Part shown: in pieces, positions 12,120 through 21,791 of the stretch
Layout: every line of letters begins with the position of its first letter
How positions within the stretch are numbered: position 1 is the stretch's first letter
Origin: Actinomycetota bacterium
GTDB lineage: Bacteria > Actinomycetota > Actinomycetes > Nanopelagicales > Nanopelagicaceae
DNA: 61,886 bases
NCBI GenBank assembly: GCA_010031635.1
Contig: RGZI01000001.1
Location: 1-61,886 of the forward strand
Reading direction: 5' to 3'
Program-made: the position numbers and the translations under genes
Notes under the pieces: generated by a model
Told to the model about the DNA's origin: nothing
Seen by the model: only the letters and a program-made list of their open reading frames with translations
Database searches by the model: none

Positions 12120-12659
12120 CTACTCCTTTTTCGGGAAATCGAGCAGATTCCCGAGTGCGCTCCAACGGGGGTCGACCACCTCATGGCTATGGGCACCATC
12201 TATTAACCGCTCCCCACACTCTGGGCACAGGCCAAGGCAACTCTCGGAGCAATGCGGAGCTAGGGGTAAATCCAGACAGATCGCATCCACAATTGGAGCC
12301 AGGATGTCGATCTGGTCATCAATCACCAAAAGCGGCAAGTCGTCATCCTCTTCTAAATCGACCGGTGCTTCAAAATGAAAAAGCTCTTGCACGGTAGTGA
12401 AAATTTCTAAAGTAATTGGATCTAAGCATCTAACGCATTCTCCGATTGCATCTGCTTCGACCTCCACAGTTAGAAGAGCGCCAGTTGATACCGCTTCAAC
12501 TCTTCCTAACACTGAAAACTCTGATCCAATTTCGGCGCCAATGATGTCAATTCCAATTCGCTCATTTAATGGAAAAAGTAAATCCACTTCAATTTTTTCG
12601 CCAGGGTGGCGCTTTAACTCAGTTAAAGTAATTATGAATTTGGGATTAGGTGTAATCAT
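12120..12659 (-). CDS. yceD: YceD/DUF177 family protein
   Basis: Acidic 179-aa ORF with a C-terminal Cys cluster (CSESCLGLCPECG). It sits upstream of rpmF as in most bacteria. Confidence 0.8.
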   Translation of the reverse strand: MITPNPKFIITLTELKRHPGEKIEVDLLFPLNERIGIDIIGAEIGSEFSVLGRVEAVSTGALLTVEVEADAIGECVRCLDPITLEIFTTVQELFHFEAPVDLEEDDDLPLLVIDDQIDILAPIVDAICLDLPLAPHCSESCLGLCPECGERLIDGAHSHEVVDPRWSALGNLLDFPKKE

Positions 12660-12680
12660 TAAATTCTCCGCTATTGCTCT

Positions 12681-13160
12681 TTAAGATTCAGCTAATTGAG
12701 AAAGTACATCGTTTTCACTTGCACCGGCGATTCGCTCGCGCCCCTTGGCAATTGCATCCATAGTTTTTGTCAAAATCACTTCAAGAGTTGCAAGCCTGGA
12801 GTCAATATATGCATCCACTTCTTGACTCTTCTCATCTGCTGCACTGTGTGCTTCATGTAAAACCCGTTCTGCTTCAGCCCGAGCCTCTATGACAATTTGG
12901 GTTTGCTCAATCATTTGAGCAACTTCTTCTCGAGCCATCTCTACCAATTTTTCGGAACTTTCGCGACCTTGCTCGATTAGCGAATCCCGATCTAGTAAAA
13001 CTTGTTGCGCTGCTTCTAGATCTGTTGGAAGTGAGCCGCGAACTTCATCAAGAATTCCTAACAACTCCCCGCGATGTAAGACACATGATGCGCTTAATGG
13101 AACTGCGCGAGCTTCTTCAACCATGGTTATGGCATTTTGTAGTCGATCGAGTGAGTCCAT
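12681..13160 (-). CDS. Conserved coiled-coil protein of unknown function (helical, E/A/R-rich)
   Basis: 159-aa ORF predicted to be helical. It occupies the slot between coaD and yceD where actinobacteria carry a coiled-coil protein. No catalytic motif recognised. Confidence 0.5.
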   Translation of the reverse strand: MDSLDRLQNAITMVEEARAVPLSASCVLHRGELLGILDEVRGSLPTDLEAAQQVLLDRDSLIEQGRESSEKLVEMAREEVAQMIEQTQIVIEARAEAERVLHEAHSAADEKSQEVDAYIDSRLATLEVILTKTMDAIAKGRERIAGASENDVLSQLAES

Positions 13161-13678
13161 TAGCGACCTGCACTTTCATCTTTGCCGTCGGAGTTCTTCT
13201 TTATTTTCGCCAAACGAGTCAACATTAAATCAAGAACTGTTTTAGGAAGATGCGCTGAAACATCTCCTCCATAGGTTGCGATCTCTTTAACAAGTGATGA
13301 TGACAAAAATGAGTACTGTGGTCTAGTTGCCATAAATAGAGTTTCGACGCCGGCTAGTTCCTGATTCATCTGAGCCATCTGTAATTCATAATCAAAATCG
13401 CTTACCGCACGTAAACCTTTAACAATTGCAGAGATGGAGTTTGCCCGGCAGTAATCAACTAAAAGACCGCTCCAAGAATCTACTGTTACATTCTTAAATC
13501 CTTTTACAGTCTCATTGATCATCGCGATGCGCTCTTCCACGGTGAACAAAGAACTTTTCTCTCTATTTACTAAGACCGCGATGACAACCTCATCATAAAT
13601 TTCGCTTGCGCGTCCGATGATGTCCAAATGTCCGTGTGTAATCGGATCAAATGAGCCAGGGCAAACTACGCGCTTCAT
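13160..13678 (-). CDS. coaD: Phosphopantetheine adenylyltransferase
   Basis: CPGSFDPITHGHLDII nucleotidyltransferase motif. Confidence 0.95.
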   Translation of the reverse strand: MKRVVCPGSFDPITHGHLDIIGRASEIYDEVVIAVLVNREKSSLFTVEERIAMINETVKGFKNVTVDSWSGLLVDYCRANSISAIVKGLRAVSDFDYELQMAQMNQELAGVETLFMATRPQYSFLSSSLVKEIATYGGDVSAHLPKTVLDLMLTRLAKIKKNSDGKDESAGR

Positions 13679-14247
13679 AGGGACACGCTAGCGAAGTAGA
13701 CCAGTGCTTCGCCATATTTACGCTCCTTTGAGGCGGTAAATCCGGCTGGCCAAGCAAATGGAGAATTTCTTGATGGGCGTTCTACCGCCACAATCGCTGC
13801 TGGAGCTAATAAAGAAGAGGTTGCCAAAGCAGTTAAAATATTTTCAATATCTTCATTTGTAAATTCATAAGGCGGATCCAGAAAAATTACATTAAACGGA
13901 TTTCCGGAAGCTGATCTAATAAATGTATTTACTGCACCTCCATGGGCGCGAAATTTTCCAAGTTCAACTAAACCTCTGGAAACAATTTCAAAATTATCAC
14001 GGCAAACCTGTAAAGCTTGCGGATCCTTTTCAACAGATTCAACTACTTCGGCGCCTCGAGAAAGTGCTTCTAATCCAACTGCGCCTGTGCCAGCAAATAG
14101 ATCAAGAAATGCAACGCCATCCCAAGTTCCAAGTTCGGATGTTAGCGAAGAGAAAATTCCTTCTCGGGCACGATCTGAAGTTGGTCTTGTAATATTTGCA
14201 GGCGTTAATAAATTTCGCCCTCGTGCGGTACCGGCAATTATTCGCAT
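13675..14247 (-). CDS. rsmD: 16S rRNA (guanine966-N2)-methyltransferase
   Basis: SAM motif DLFAGTGAVGLEALSRGA and FLDPPY. It overlaps coaD by 4 nt. Confidence 0.9.
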   Translation of the reverse strand: MRIIAGTARGRNLLTPANITRPTSDRAREGIFSSLTSELGTWDGVAFLDLFAGTGAVGLEALSRGAEVVESVEKDPQALQVCRDNFEIVSRGLVELGKFRAHGGAVNTFIRSASGNPFNVIFLDPPYEFTNEDIENILTALATSSLLAPAAIVAVERPSRNSPFAWPAGFTASKERKYGEALVYFASVSL

Positions 14248-14263
14248 CTTCTATTCACCTTAA

Positions 14264-16471
14264 CTAAGCCTTCTCAATAAAATCTGATCGCTCATCTGCT
14301 TCAAGTGCATTCAACTCTTCTCGTAACTCTGGCAACTTCTCAAGTTTAGGATCTTTAGCAATAATCTCAATCGCAATTGTGCGTGCTTGATCAATCAATT
14401 GTTCATCTCGAAGAACTCGCAATAAGCGCAGGGCTGATCTTGAGCCTGATTGGGCAGTGCCAAGAACATCACCCTCACGCCTTTGGTCGAGGTCAACGCG
14501 GGCAAGTTCAAAGCCATCAAGAGTCTGCGAAATTGCATCTAGCCGTTGATGTGCAACAGATTCTGGTTCGCACTTGGTCACTAGTAAGCACAACCCTGGC
14601 TTCTCTCCACGACCAATACGACCACGCAATTGATGAAGTTGTGAAATGCCAAATCGATCTGCATCCATAATTACCATCACCGTTGCATTTGCAACATCTA
14701 CTCCAACTTCAATAACTGTAGTTGCAACAAGGACGTCAATTTCTCCTGCTGCAAATTTTTGCATAGTCAGATCTTTTTCATCTGCCGTGAGTTGGCCATG
14801 TAATTTTGCAATTCGGACAGATTTAAGCGGGCCTGAAGTTAGTTGATCAAATAGTGCATCTACCGCATACATGCTTTGCTTTTCTTCCGCTGTGACCACG
14901 CCTAATAGCGCATTTGTGATCAAATCTTCTTGCGATATCTCTTCACTTGCTTGAGCGCTGATCCGAGGGGCGACTATGTATGCCTGCGCACCTATTTTAA
15001 CTTCTTCGATAATTCGCGCCCATGCTCGCTCTAAATAATGTGGTTTATCACTTTCATCAACTATATGAGTTGTTATGGCGGCACGGCCTTTTGGTAACTC
15101 ACGCAATGTAGAAATATCTAAATCTCCAAAAACAGTCATTGCCACAGTTCTTGGTATCGGCGTTGCAGTCATTACCAAAACGTGTGGAGGTAAATTACCT
15201 TTCGCACGAAGTGCATCTCGTTGTTCAACTCCAAAGCGATGCTGCTCATCGATTATGACTAATCCCAGGTCAGCGAAATCAACACCTTCTGTCAGAAGTG
15301 AATGTGTTCCAATTACTATTCCTGCCGATCCATCTCTAATTTCAGCGAGAGCAGTTTTCCGCTCCGCACTACTAAGAGAACCGGTTAGCTTGGAGATACG
15401 TGTTGCTCGGTCGCTTCCGCCGAGCATTCCTGCACTTGCCAAATCTCCCATTAATTTAGAGATAGAGCGAAAATGTTGTTGCGCTAGAACTTCGGTGGGT
15501 GCAAGTAATGCTGCCTGTCCCCCACTATCAACAACAGTAAGTGCAGCACGCAGCGCAACTATTGTTTTCCCAGATCCAACCTCACCTTGTAATAAGCGAT
15601 GCATTGGATGATCAGCATCTAAATCACTTTGAATTTGTGCTGCTACCTCTTTTTGTCCACCTGTTAATTCAAAAGGTAGCTGGGCGTCAAATAGCTCAAG
15701 CAAGCCACCACTACGGACCAATCGTGGAGTGGCTTTTAATAATTTATGTTGTTCACGTCTTCGTACCAACAAAAGCTGCAGCGATAAAGCTTCATCAAAT
15801 ATTAATCGTTTACGCGCTAAATCTGCAGCAGATTGACTCTCAGGTAGATGAATACCGTGGAGAGCGTCATTAAGGGTTGGCAATCCAAAACGTAATTCCT
15901 CCGGAAGTGGCTCTGGCATTTCATCCAGTACATCTAGAACTGTTCTAATGCACTGTCCAATTTTCCATGAAGGAAATTTTGAAGTTGCCGGATAAACCGG
16001 AAGAATTTTTCCAGCAAACTCCCCGGCTGCTTCTTCGCTTTCAACTCCATCTGGAATTAGTAGGTAATCCGGATGCGAAAGTTGTCGCACTCCTCGATAA
16101 ACTGAAATTTTTCCAGCAAACAAACCCTCACGATCAACTCGTAAATCTTTTTCTCTCCAGGCTTGATTAAAGAAAGTTAATGCAAGACGACCTTTTCCAT
16201 CGGTGACAATCACTTCCAAAATCGATCCCTTTCGACCTCTGATCGGACGAGTGGTTGCAGAATGGATTTTTGCCAAAATTGTTACTTCATCGCCCTCATT
16301 CAATTGATTTAAATCAGTTAACTCACCGCGGAGTACGTACCTTCTCGGATAATGACGAAGTAGATCACCAGTAGTTGTATAACCAAATGTCGTATTTAAA
16401 GCTTTTGCAGTTCGATCACCCAAAGATTTGGATAGGCGGTCATTTAATCCAGCCATATTTTTTCTACTCAA
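14264..16471 (-). CDS. recG: ATP-dependent DNA helicase RecG
   Basis: 735 aa with Walker A GEVGSGKT, DEQHRFG and QLRGRIGRG. Confidence 0.95.
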   Translation of the reverse strand: MSRKNMAGLNDRLSKSLGDRTAKALNTTFGYTTTGDLLRHYPRRYVLRGELTDLNQLNEGDEVTILAKIHSATTRPIRGRKGSILEVIVTDGKGRLALTFFNQAWREKDLRVDREGLFAGKISVYRGVRQLSHPDYLLIPDGVESEEAAGEFAGKILPVYPATSKFPSWKIGQCIRTVLDVLDEMPEPLPEELRFGLPTLNDALHGIHLPESQSAADLARKRLIFDEALSLQLLLVRRREQHKLLKATPRLVRSGGLLELFDAQLPFELTGGQKEVAAQIQSDLDADHPMHRLLQGEVGSGKTIVALRAALTVVDSGGQAALLAPTEVLAQQHFRSISKLMGDLASAGMLGGSDRATRISKLTGSLSSAERKTALAEIRDGSAGIVIGTHSLLTEGVDFADLGLVIIDEQHRFGVEQRDALRAKGNLPPHVLVMTATPIPRTVAMTVFGDLDISTLRELPKGRAAITTHIVDESDKPHYLERAWARIIEEVKIGAQAYIVAPRISAQASEEISQEDLITNALLGVVTAEEKQSMYAVDALFDQLTSGPLKSVRIAKLHGQLTADEKDLTMQKFAAGEIDVLVATTVIEVGVDVANATVMVIMDADRFGISQLHQLRGRIGRGEKPGLCLLVTKCEPESVAHQRLDAISQTLDGFELARVDLDQRREGDVLGTAQSGSRSALRLLRVLRDEQLIDQARTIAIEIIAKDPKLEKLPELREELNALEADERSDFIEKA

Positions 16472-18041
16472 CGCCGATCAAAAGTGGATACCAAGCTTGA
16501 CCACCTATATATGTTGTCACTTCAACGCTGCCATGATTTTTTGCCAGATATTTTTGGACTTGCTCGGCAAGTTCTTTTGGTGCGCTCTCGCCCATGACTA
16601 AAGTAACTAACTCCCCGCCACTGCTTAACATCTGGTCCACACTCTCAACGCAAACTTGAATTAAATCTGTTCCAGTAAGTATTACTTCTCCATCTACCAG
16701 CGCCAAAACATCCCCAGCTCGCACCCCACCAATAGCAGTGCTCATATCCCTTGGAGCAAGTGCGATTGTTGCTGATCGAGTTTGCCTGGCAGCTGTTGCC
16801 ATCTCAACAATTTCATCATCGTAATTAGCAGCTTCATTATGAGTTGATATCGCAGATAAAGCCTGAAGTGGTGAACGAGAAGCTAGAACCGCAACCCGTA
16901 CTCCTTCTCGGCGAATTACCGAAATTGCTTCGTGGGCTGATTTCCAACTTTGTTCATCAATTGGAATTAAGACAACTTCACGCGCACTTTCGGTTGCATC
17001 TACCCACTCTTGAGCAAGTACTCGACGCGAATTAAATGCATCGATTACTCGTACTCCAGATTCCCGCATTAACTCACTTAACCCTGGACCATTTGCAACA
17101 GTGATTAATTTTCGAGTGCCTGTTTCAGAACTTTTCTCACCAATCCCAAGGGCCGAAGCAAGATGTGTAATCTTAATTTCAAAGGCTTTTCCAAAATGTG
17201 TTGAGAGTTCAATTATCTCTCCCGGGAAATCTGTATGAATATGTACTTTACAAAGCTGACTATCTCCCACTACCAAGAGACTCTCACCTAAGTTTGTGAG
17301 TTCGCTCTGCAATCTAGAAATTTGTTTCTCATTCAAATCTTTCATCGAAAACATAACTTCAAATTCTCCATCACTTGCATGATTAGCATTTGTTGCGTGT
17401 GCGCGCTCTTTTACATTTGCGCTACTTGGAATTTGCGAGATGACCAACTCTGGATCCAACATTGATGCAAGTGCTCCGTAAATTAATTCAACTCCATGTG
17501 CTCCAGCATCAATTGTTCCCATGGCATCTTGATGTGGCGGATTGTTTGCTGAATCTAATGTTGAGGCGCGAGCTGCTCGCCAAGCATCAAGTGCGACTGC
17601 GCCGTCACGGCCGATCTCACCAGCTCTTAATGCAACTGCATCCCTTGCTGCACGTGCTGCAGATAAAATAGTTCCCTCTTTTGGATGTGTAACAGCTTTT
17701 TGAGCGGCTTCATGAGCGCGCGCAAATGCTTGCGGTAAACCTTCGCGAATTCCATCAGCAAATCCACGAAAAATCTGACTCAAGATAACTCCTGAATTCC
17801 CCTGTGCCCCACCGAGTGCTCCGCGGGCAGCAGCATCGGCGACATCACCGATTTCTTGCGAATCCTCTGCTCGCATCGCGGTGACCGCCGCTTCTAAAGT
17901 AGCTTCCAGATTTGATCCAGTATCTGAATCTGCAACTGGGTAGAGGTTTTCCGCATTTAATTGAGCGCGTGATTGTGAAACTTCGCTCCAGGCTCGTTCG
18001 AGCCAAGCGCGGAACCTGGGGGTATCTAACTCGCTCATCAT
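16464..18041 (-). CDS. DAK2-domain protein, YloV/FakA-like
   Basis: N-terminal Dak2 region (DSDTGSNL, GNSGVILSQ) and a C-terminal DegV-like half. It sits upstream of recG as in Gram-positives. Confidence 0.8.
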   Translation of the reverse strand: MMSELDTPRFRAWLERAWSEVSQSRAQLNAENLYPVADSDTGSNLEATLEAAVTAMRAEDSQEIGDVADAAARGALGGAQGNSGVILSQIFRGFADGIREGLPQAFARAHEAAQKAVTHPKEGTILSAARAARDAVALRAGEIGRDGAVALDAWRAARASTLDSANNPPHQDAMGTIDAGAHGVELIYGALASMLDPELVISQIPSSANVKERAHATNANHASDGEFEVMFSMKDLNEKQISRLQSELTNLGESLLVVGDSQLCKVHIHTDFPGEIIELSTHFGKAFEIKITHLASALGIGEKSSETGTRKLITVANGPGLSELMRESGVRVIDAFNSRRVLAQEWVDATESAREVVLIPIDEQSWKSAHEAISVIRREGVRVAVLASRSPLQALSAISTHNEAANYDDEIVEMATAARQTRSATIALAPRDMSTAIGGVRAGDVLALVDGEVILTGTDLIQVCVESVDQMLSSGGELVTLVMGESAPKELAEQVQKYLAKNHGSVEVTTYIGGQAWYPLLIGVE

Positions 18042-18160
18042 GGCCAGATTACTCTGGATTTACCCCTCAATTGGCTGGAAGCCCCTCTTACCGGCTACCC
18101 TTACGCCGCTGCAGAAGTTCTGAGCAGCGTAAGAAATCAGTTGAAATTTAGGAGGCGATG

Positions 18161-18349
18161 ATGGCTGCCAAGTGCGACATCTGTAACAAAGGGCCAATCT
18201 GGGGAAATTCAATCTCCCACTCACATCGTCGTACCCGTCGTCGTTGGAATCCAAATATCCAGCGCGTTCGCACCATGATCAATGGCGTAACCCCAAAGCG
18301 TTTAAATGTTTGCGCTGCTTGCATGAAAGCCGGAAAAGTTACCCGTTAA
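18161..18349 (+). CDS. rpmB: 50S ribosomal protein L28 (Cys-containing form)
   Basis: [12 protein letters not shown]...[16 protein letters not shown]...CAAC. AGGAGG lies 5 nt upstream of the second ATG. Confidence 0.93.
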   Translation: MAAKCDICNKGPIWGNSISHSHRRTRRRWNPNIQRVRTMINGVTPKRLNVCAACMKAGKVTR

Positions 18350-18357
18350 TTAGTGCT

Positions 18358-19365
18358 TCACTTTTCAAAATGTTGCCAAGTATTTTTGTCACTTGTTCGC
18401 GCATCTGAAAATTTTCCAAATACCTCAACACCAGCCCCATGTATCACTTCACCAATCTGAAGTGCGCCCTCTGGAAGTGCTGCACTTGGCGGCAAAGTTG
18501 CGATGAATAGATGTTCTTCTCCACTTGTTAAAACCCAACTCATCGGATCAACTGCCAAAGTGGTGCCTGCTTCGATAAGTGAAGATAAATTTAGATGATC
18601 AAGATCAATTTTTATACCAACACCACTTGCTTCGCTGATACGCGTTACATCAACTAATAATCCATCGCTTAGATCGCACAGTGCTGTTGCGCCTGCAGAA
18701 ATTAAAGAATGAGCTTTTTTGCCATCTACTGAAGGTTGCAGATGTGCATTCACAATCTCCGGAAATAATTCTCTCTTATCGGCTTTTAATAACGCCAAAC
18801 CTGCAGCAGATGCACCAGGAAGTCCAGAGATAACTAACTGGTCGCCAACTTTTGCACCGCTTCGATAAATAGGTTCACTTGTATTGCCGAGTGCGGTAAT
18901 TGCAATTGTTATTTTCTCGCCCCGCACAGTGTCCCCGCCAATTACTTGCGCACCAACTTTCTTGGCTTCTTCTGCAATCCCACGCGCAAGATCTAGAACC
19001 CACTCCAATTCTTCTTGACCAGTTAATGAAATTCCAACTAACAAAGAGTGCGGCTCTCCACCCATTGCGTAAATATCTGCAATGTTAGCAACCGCTACCT
19101 TTGCTCCAATCTGCTTCGCTGTAGACCAATCAGTTTTAAAGTGAACATCTTCAATCGCTAAATCCATAGTTGCCACAGTTGCTAATGCACTCGGCGCTAA
19201 AACCGCCCCATCGTCGCCAATACCGAAGAGTAATTTTTTTTGATTATTGAGATTTTGAGATAACTCAACTTGGCCACTCTGGCCAAGTTGGCCAGAGTGG
19301 CCAAAGATTTCACCCAGAGCGGCAATGAGGGCTCCCTCGCCAATCTGTGCTACTTGCAGGCCCAA
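18358..19365 (-). CDS. thiL: Thiamine-monophosphate kinase
   Basis: GIGDDGAV and VIGGDTVRGE motifs of the AIR-synthase-like fold. TTG start preceded by GGAGGAG. Confidence 0.85.
   Translation of the reverse strand: MGLQVAQIGEGALIAALGEIFGHSGQLGQSGQVELSQNLNNQKKLLFGIGDDGAVLAPSALATVATMDLAIEDVHFKTDWSTAKQIGAKVAVANIADIYAMGGEPHSLLVGISLTGQEELEWVLDLARGIAEEAKKVGAQVIGGDTVRGEKITIAITALGNTSEPIYRSGAKVGDQLVISGLPGASAAGLALLKADKRELFPEIVNAHLQPSVDGKKAHSLISAGATALCDLSDGLLVDVTRISEASGVGIKIDLDHLNLSSLIEAGTTLAVDPMSWVLTSGEEHLFIATLPPSAALPEGALQIGEVIHGAGVEVFGKFSDARTSDKNTWQHFEK
19270..19304. repeat. Perfect 35-bp palindrome (17-1-17) inside the thiL coding sequence
   Basis: ttggccactctggccaa-g-ttggccagagtggccaa, read directly. 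It encodes GHSGQLGQSGQ. Confidence 0.95.
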
Positions 19366-19497
19366 AGCGATCTCCTCCTCTTGCTATCTACCCGGTAATT
19401 CCGCTGTAAAAAGTCGGAAAATTTAACTGACTTCCGCGCTGAGCCTACTCCGCGCTACCCTCGGAACATTAAATACCTGCTAGCGAAGGAGTAGCCC

Positions 19498-19734
19498 ATG
19501 TCAGTTCAGTCATACATTCTGATTCAAACTGAGGTCGGAAAAGCTGCTGGCGTTGCTAAAGCAGTTGGCGCAATTCCTGGTGTGAGTTTGGCTCAAGGTG
19601 TTGGTGGTCCATACGATGTAATCATGCGCGCCGAATCTGCATCCATGGAGGAGTTTGGTCGCTTAATTCTCACCAAAGTTCAAGCAGTCCCTGGGATCAC
19701 TCGCACTCTTACCTGTCCAGTAGTTAACGAGTAA
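19498..19734 (+). CDS. Small Lrp/AsnC ligand-binding-domain protein
   Basis: 78-aa ORF (YILIQTEVGK...VPGITRTLTCPVV) typical of stand-alone AsnC-type RAM domains. GAAGGAG RBS present. Confidence 0.75.
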   Translation: MSVQSYILIQTEVGKAAGVAKAVGAIPGVSLAQGVGGPYDVIMRAESASMEEFGRLILTKVQAVPGITRTLTCPVVNE

Positions 19735-19738
19735 TTAC

Positions 19739-20785
19739 TTAACTCTTTTGTTGCGCAACTCTTAGAAGTTCAGTAATTAAATTTTGATAAGTAATTCCAC
19801 TTGCTTGCCATAATCTCGGATACATCGAAGTCGCTGTAAATCCAGGCATTGTATTAATCTCATTTAAAATCAAAGATCCATCAGCTTTCAAGAAAAAATC
19901 AACTCTGGCTAAACCTTCTGCTCCAATTAAATTAAATGCTTGTATCGCTAATACCCTAATTTGATTAGCACTCTCATCTGGAATTTCCGCAGGCACTATT
20001 AATTTAGTGGCATCATCCAAATACTTTGCCTCAAAGTCATAAAATTCATGGTTTCCAAGAATCTTAATTTCACCTACTGTTGACGCTTTAGAACCGAGCA
20101 CTCCGCACTCCACCTCACGGCCAGAAATCATCTCTTCAATCAAAACTTTGTCGTCATGGGTAAATGCATCATTGATGGCAGCCGAAAGTTGGTCCCAACT
20201 TTTAACTTTGGCAACGCCCTGACTTGATCCAGATCTGGAAGGCTTCACAAACAAAGGAAGTTCAAACTCAGCCTTAATCTCACTTTCAATTTTGCTTTGC
20301 CCGATTTTCCAGTCAGCCATCATTAAAATTTTTGTATTGGTGCTTGGAATTCCGGCATCACTAAAAATTTTGCGCGAAACCCCTTTGTCAAAACCTGCTC
20401 TAGATGCGATTTCTCCAGATCCAACATAAACAATTCCTGCTTGATCTAAAATTGATTGCAAAGTTCCATCTTCGCCAAATGTCCCGTGCACTACTGGGAA
20501 AGCTATATCTATCTCAGCTCTAATTTCACTTAATGAAATCTCAGGCGCATCTGTAGGCACAACTGGGAGTTGATCTCCTTTAAGTGAGATTAAGGAGGGG
20601 TCATCTTTTAAACGCACCCATTTACCCTTTTGGGTAATCCCAATTAGCGTTACTTCAAAGTGATCACGATCGATAGATTTAAGCAAGGAAGCCGCTGATA
20701 AGCAGGAGACTGAATGTTCACTGCTGGCACCCCCGCAAATCACGCCAACTTTTAATTTTACTTTTACCTTAGCAGCATCTCCCAT
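19739..20785 (-). CDS. ddl: D-alanine--D-alanine ligase
   Basis: CGGASSEHSVS N-terminus and ATP-grasp motif EINTMPGFT. Confidence 0.93.
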   Translation of the reverse strand: MGDAAKVKVKLKVGVICGGASSEHSVSCLSAASLLKSIDRDHFEVTLIGITQKGKWVRLKDDPSLISLKGDQLPVVPTDAPEISLSEIRAEIDIAFPVVHGTFGEDGTLQSILDQAGIVYVGSGEIASRAGFDKGVSRKIFSDAGIPSTNTKILMMADWKIGQSKIESEIKAEFELPLFVKPSRSGSSQGVAKVKSWDQLSAAINDAFTHDDKVLIEEMISGREVECGVLGSKASTVGEIKILGNHEFYDFEAKYLDDATKLIVPAEIPDESANQIRVLAIQAFNLIGAEGLARVDFFLKADGSLILNEINTMPGFTATSMYPRLWQASGITYQNLITELLRVAQQKS

Positions 20786-20795
20786 GGGTGTTATT

Positions 20796-21791
20796 TTAAT
20801 ACTCAGAACGAGTTGTACGGTTCATTAAACGTTTAACAACTTCAGCCGGTGGTAAAGAATTTTGCACAACATCGACCACTGCTTCAACAATTGGCATATC
20901 AACTTGAAATTTCTTAGCAAGAGCAAGCACTGCAGGTGCCGAACTCACACCTTCTGCTGTTGTTTTAGTTTTTACTCTGGCTTGCTCCATTGTTGATCCA
21001 CGTCCGAGAAGTTCACCAACAGATCTATTACGCGAAAGTGGTGAGGAACAGGTGGCCACTAAATCCCCCATGCCTGCAAGTCCAGCAAAAGTAGATGGAT
21101 CTGCGCCCATTGCCACGCCAAGTCTGGCGGTTTCAGCCAATCCGCGGGTAATAACTGTGGCTTTGGTGTTGTCACCCATTCCTAAACCAATTGCCATTCC
21201 AACTGCTAAAGCCATAACGTTTTTAATTGATCCAGCTAATTCGCAACCAATTACATCTGTTGACGTATATGGTCGAAAGTATGGAGTAGCACACATATCT
21301 TGTAAGTGATGTGCATTTGTCTCATTGCTGCACGCAATCACCGAAGCCGCTGGTTCACGCTTAATAATTTCGCCAGCTAAATTTGGGCCAGTCAAGATAG
21401 ATACTCGCTCAGCATTAATTCCTAATACTTCAGTAGTCACTTGGCTCATTCTTTCCAGAGTTCCGACTTCAATACCTTTTAACAAAGATAAAATAAAGGC
21501 CGCTTTTGGGATTGATGCTCCCCAATCGCTTAAATTTTGCCGCAACGTCTGTGCTGGAATTGCAAGTACCACCACATCGGCATCTTTCAATACTTTTTGT
21601 GCATCAGTTGATGCGTTAATCGATTGTGGAAGCAAATTTTCAGGGTGAAATTTAAAGTTGTGATGATCAGTGTTTATTTCGTCAATAGTTTGCGGAGTTC
21701 TACCCCAAATCGAAACATCATTTCCAGCATCAGCAGCAATTTGTGCGAAAGCTGTCCCCCAAGAACCGGCACCTAATATTGCAACTCTCAT
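20796..21791 (-). CDS. gpsA: NAD(P)H-dependent glycerol-3-phosphate dehydrogenase
   Basis: ILGAGSWGTA Rossmann motif and full-length similarity to GpsA. Confidence 0.95.
   Translation of the reverse strand: MRVAILGAGSWGTAFAQIAADAGNDVSIWGRTPQTIDEINTDHHNFKFHPENLLPQSINASTDAQKVLKDADVVVLAIPAQTLRQNLSDWGASIPKAAFILSLLKGIEVGTLERMSQVTTEVLGINAERVSILTGPNLAGEIIKREPAASVIACSNETNAHHLQDMCATPYFRPYTSTDVIGCELAGSIKNVMALAVGMAIGLGMGDNTKATVITRGLAETARLGVAMGADPSTFAGLAGMGDLVATCSSPLSRNRSVGELLGRGSTMEQARVKTKTTAEGVSSAPAVLALAKKFQVDMPIVEAVVDVVQNSLPPAEVVKRLMNRTTRSEY

Noticed and set aside
18100-18133. Imperfect hairpin (cttacgccgctgc ... gcagcgtaag) in the rpmB 5' region
   Set aside because: The pairing is ambiguous (either 7 bp, or 6+4 bp with a bulge). 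There is no U-run and I know of no matching leader motif. This is insufficient to call a regulatory RNA.
19434-19457. Direct repeat tccgcgct (x2, 8-nt spacing) between thiL and the small AsnC-like gene
   Set aside because: It could be an operator, but 8-mers repeated once are expected by chance. There is no inverted symmetry or other support.
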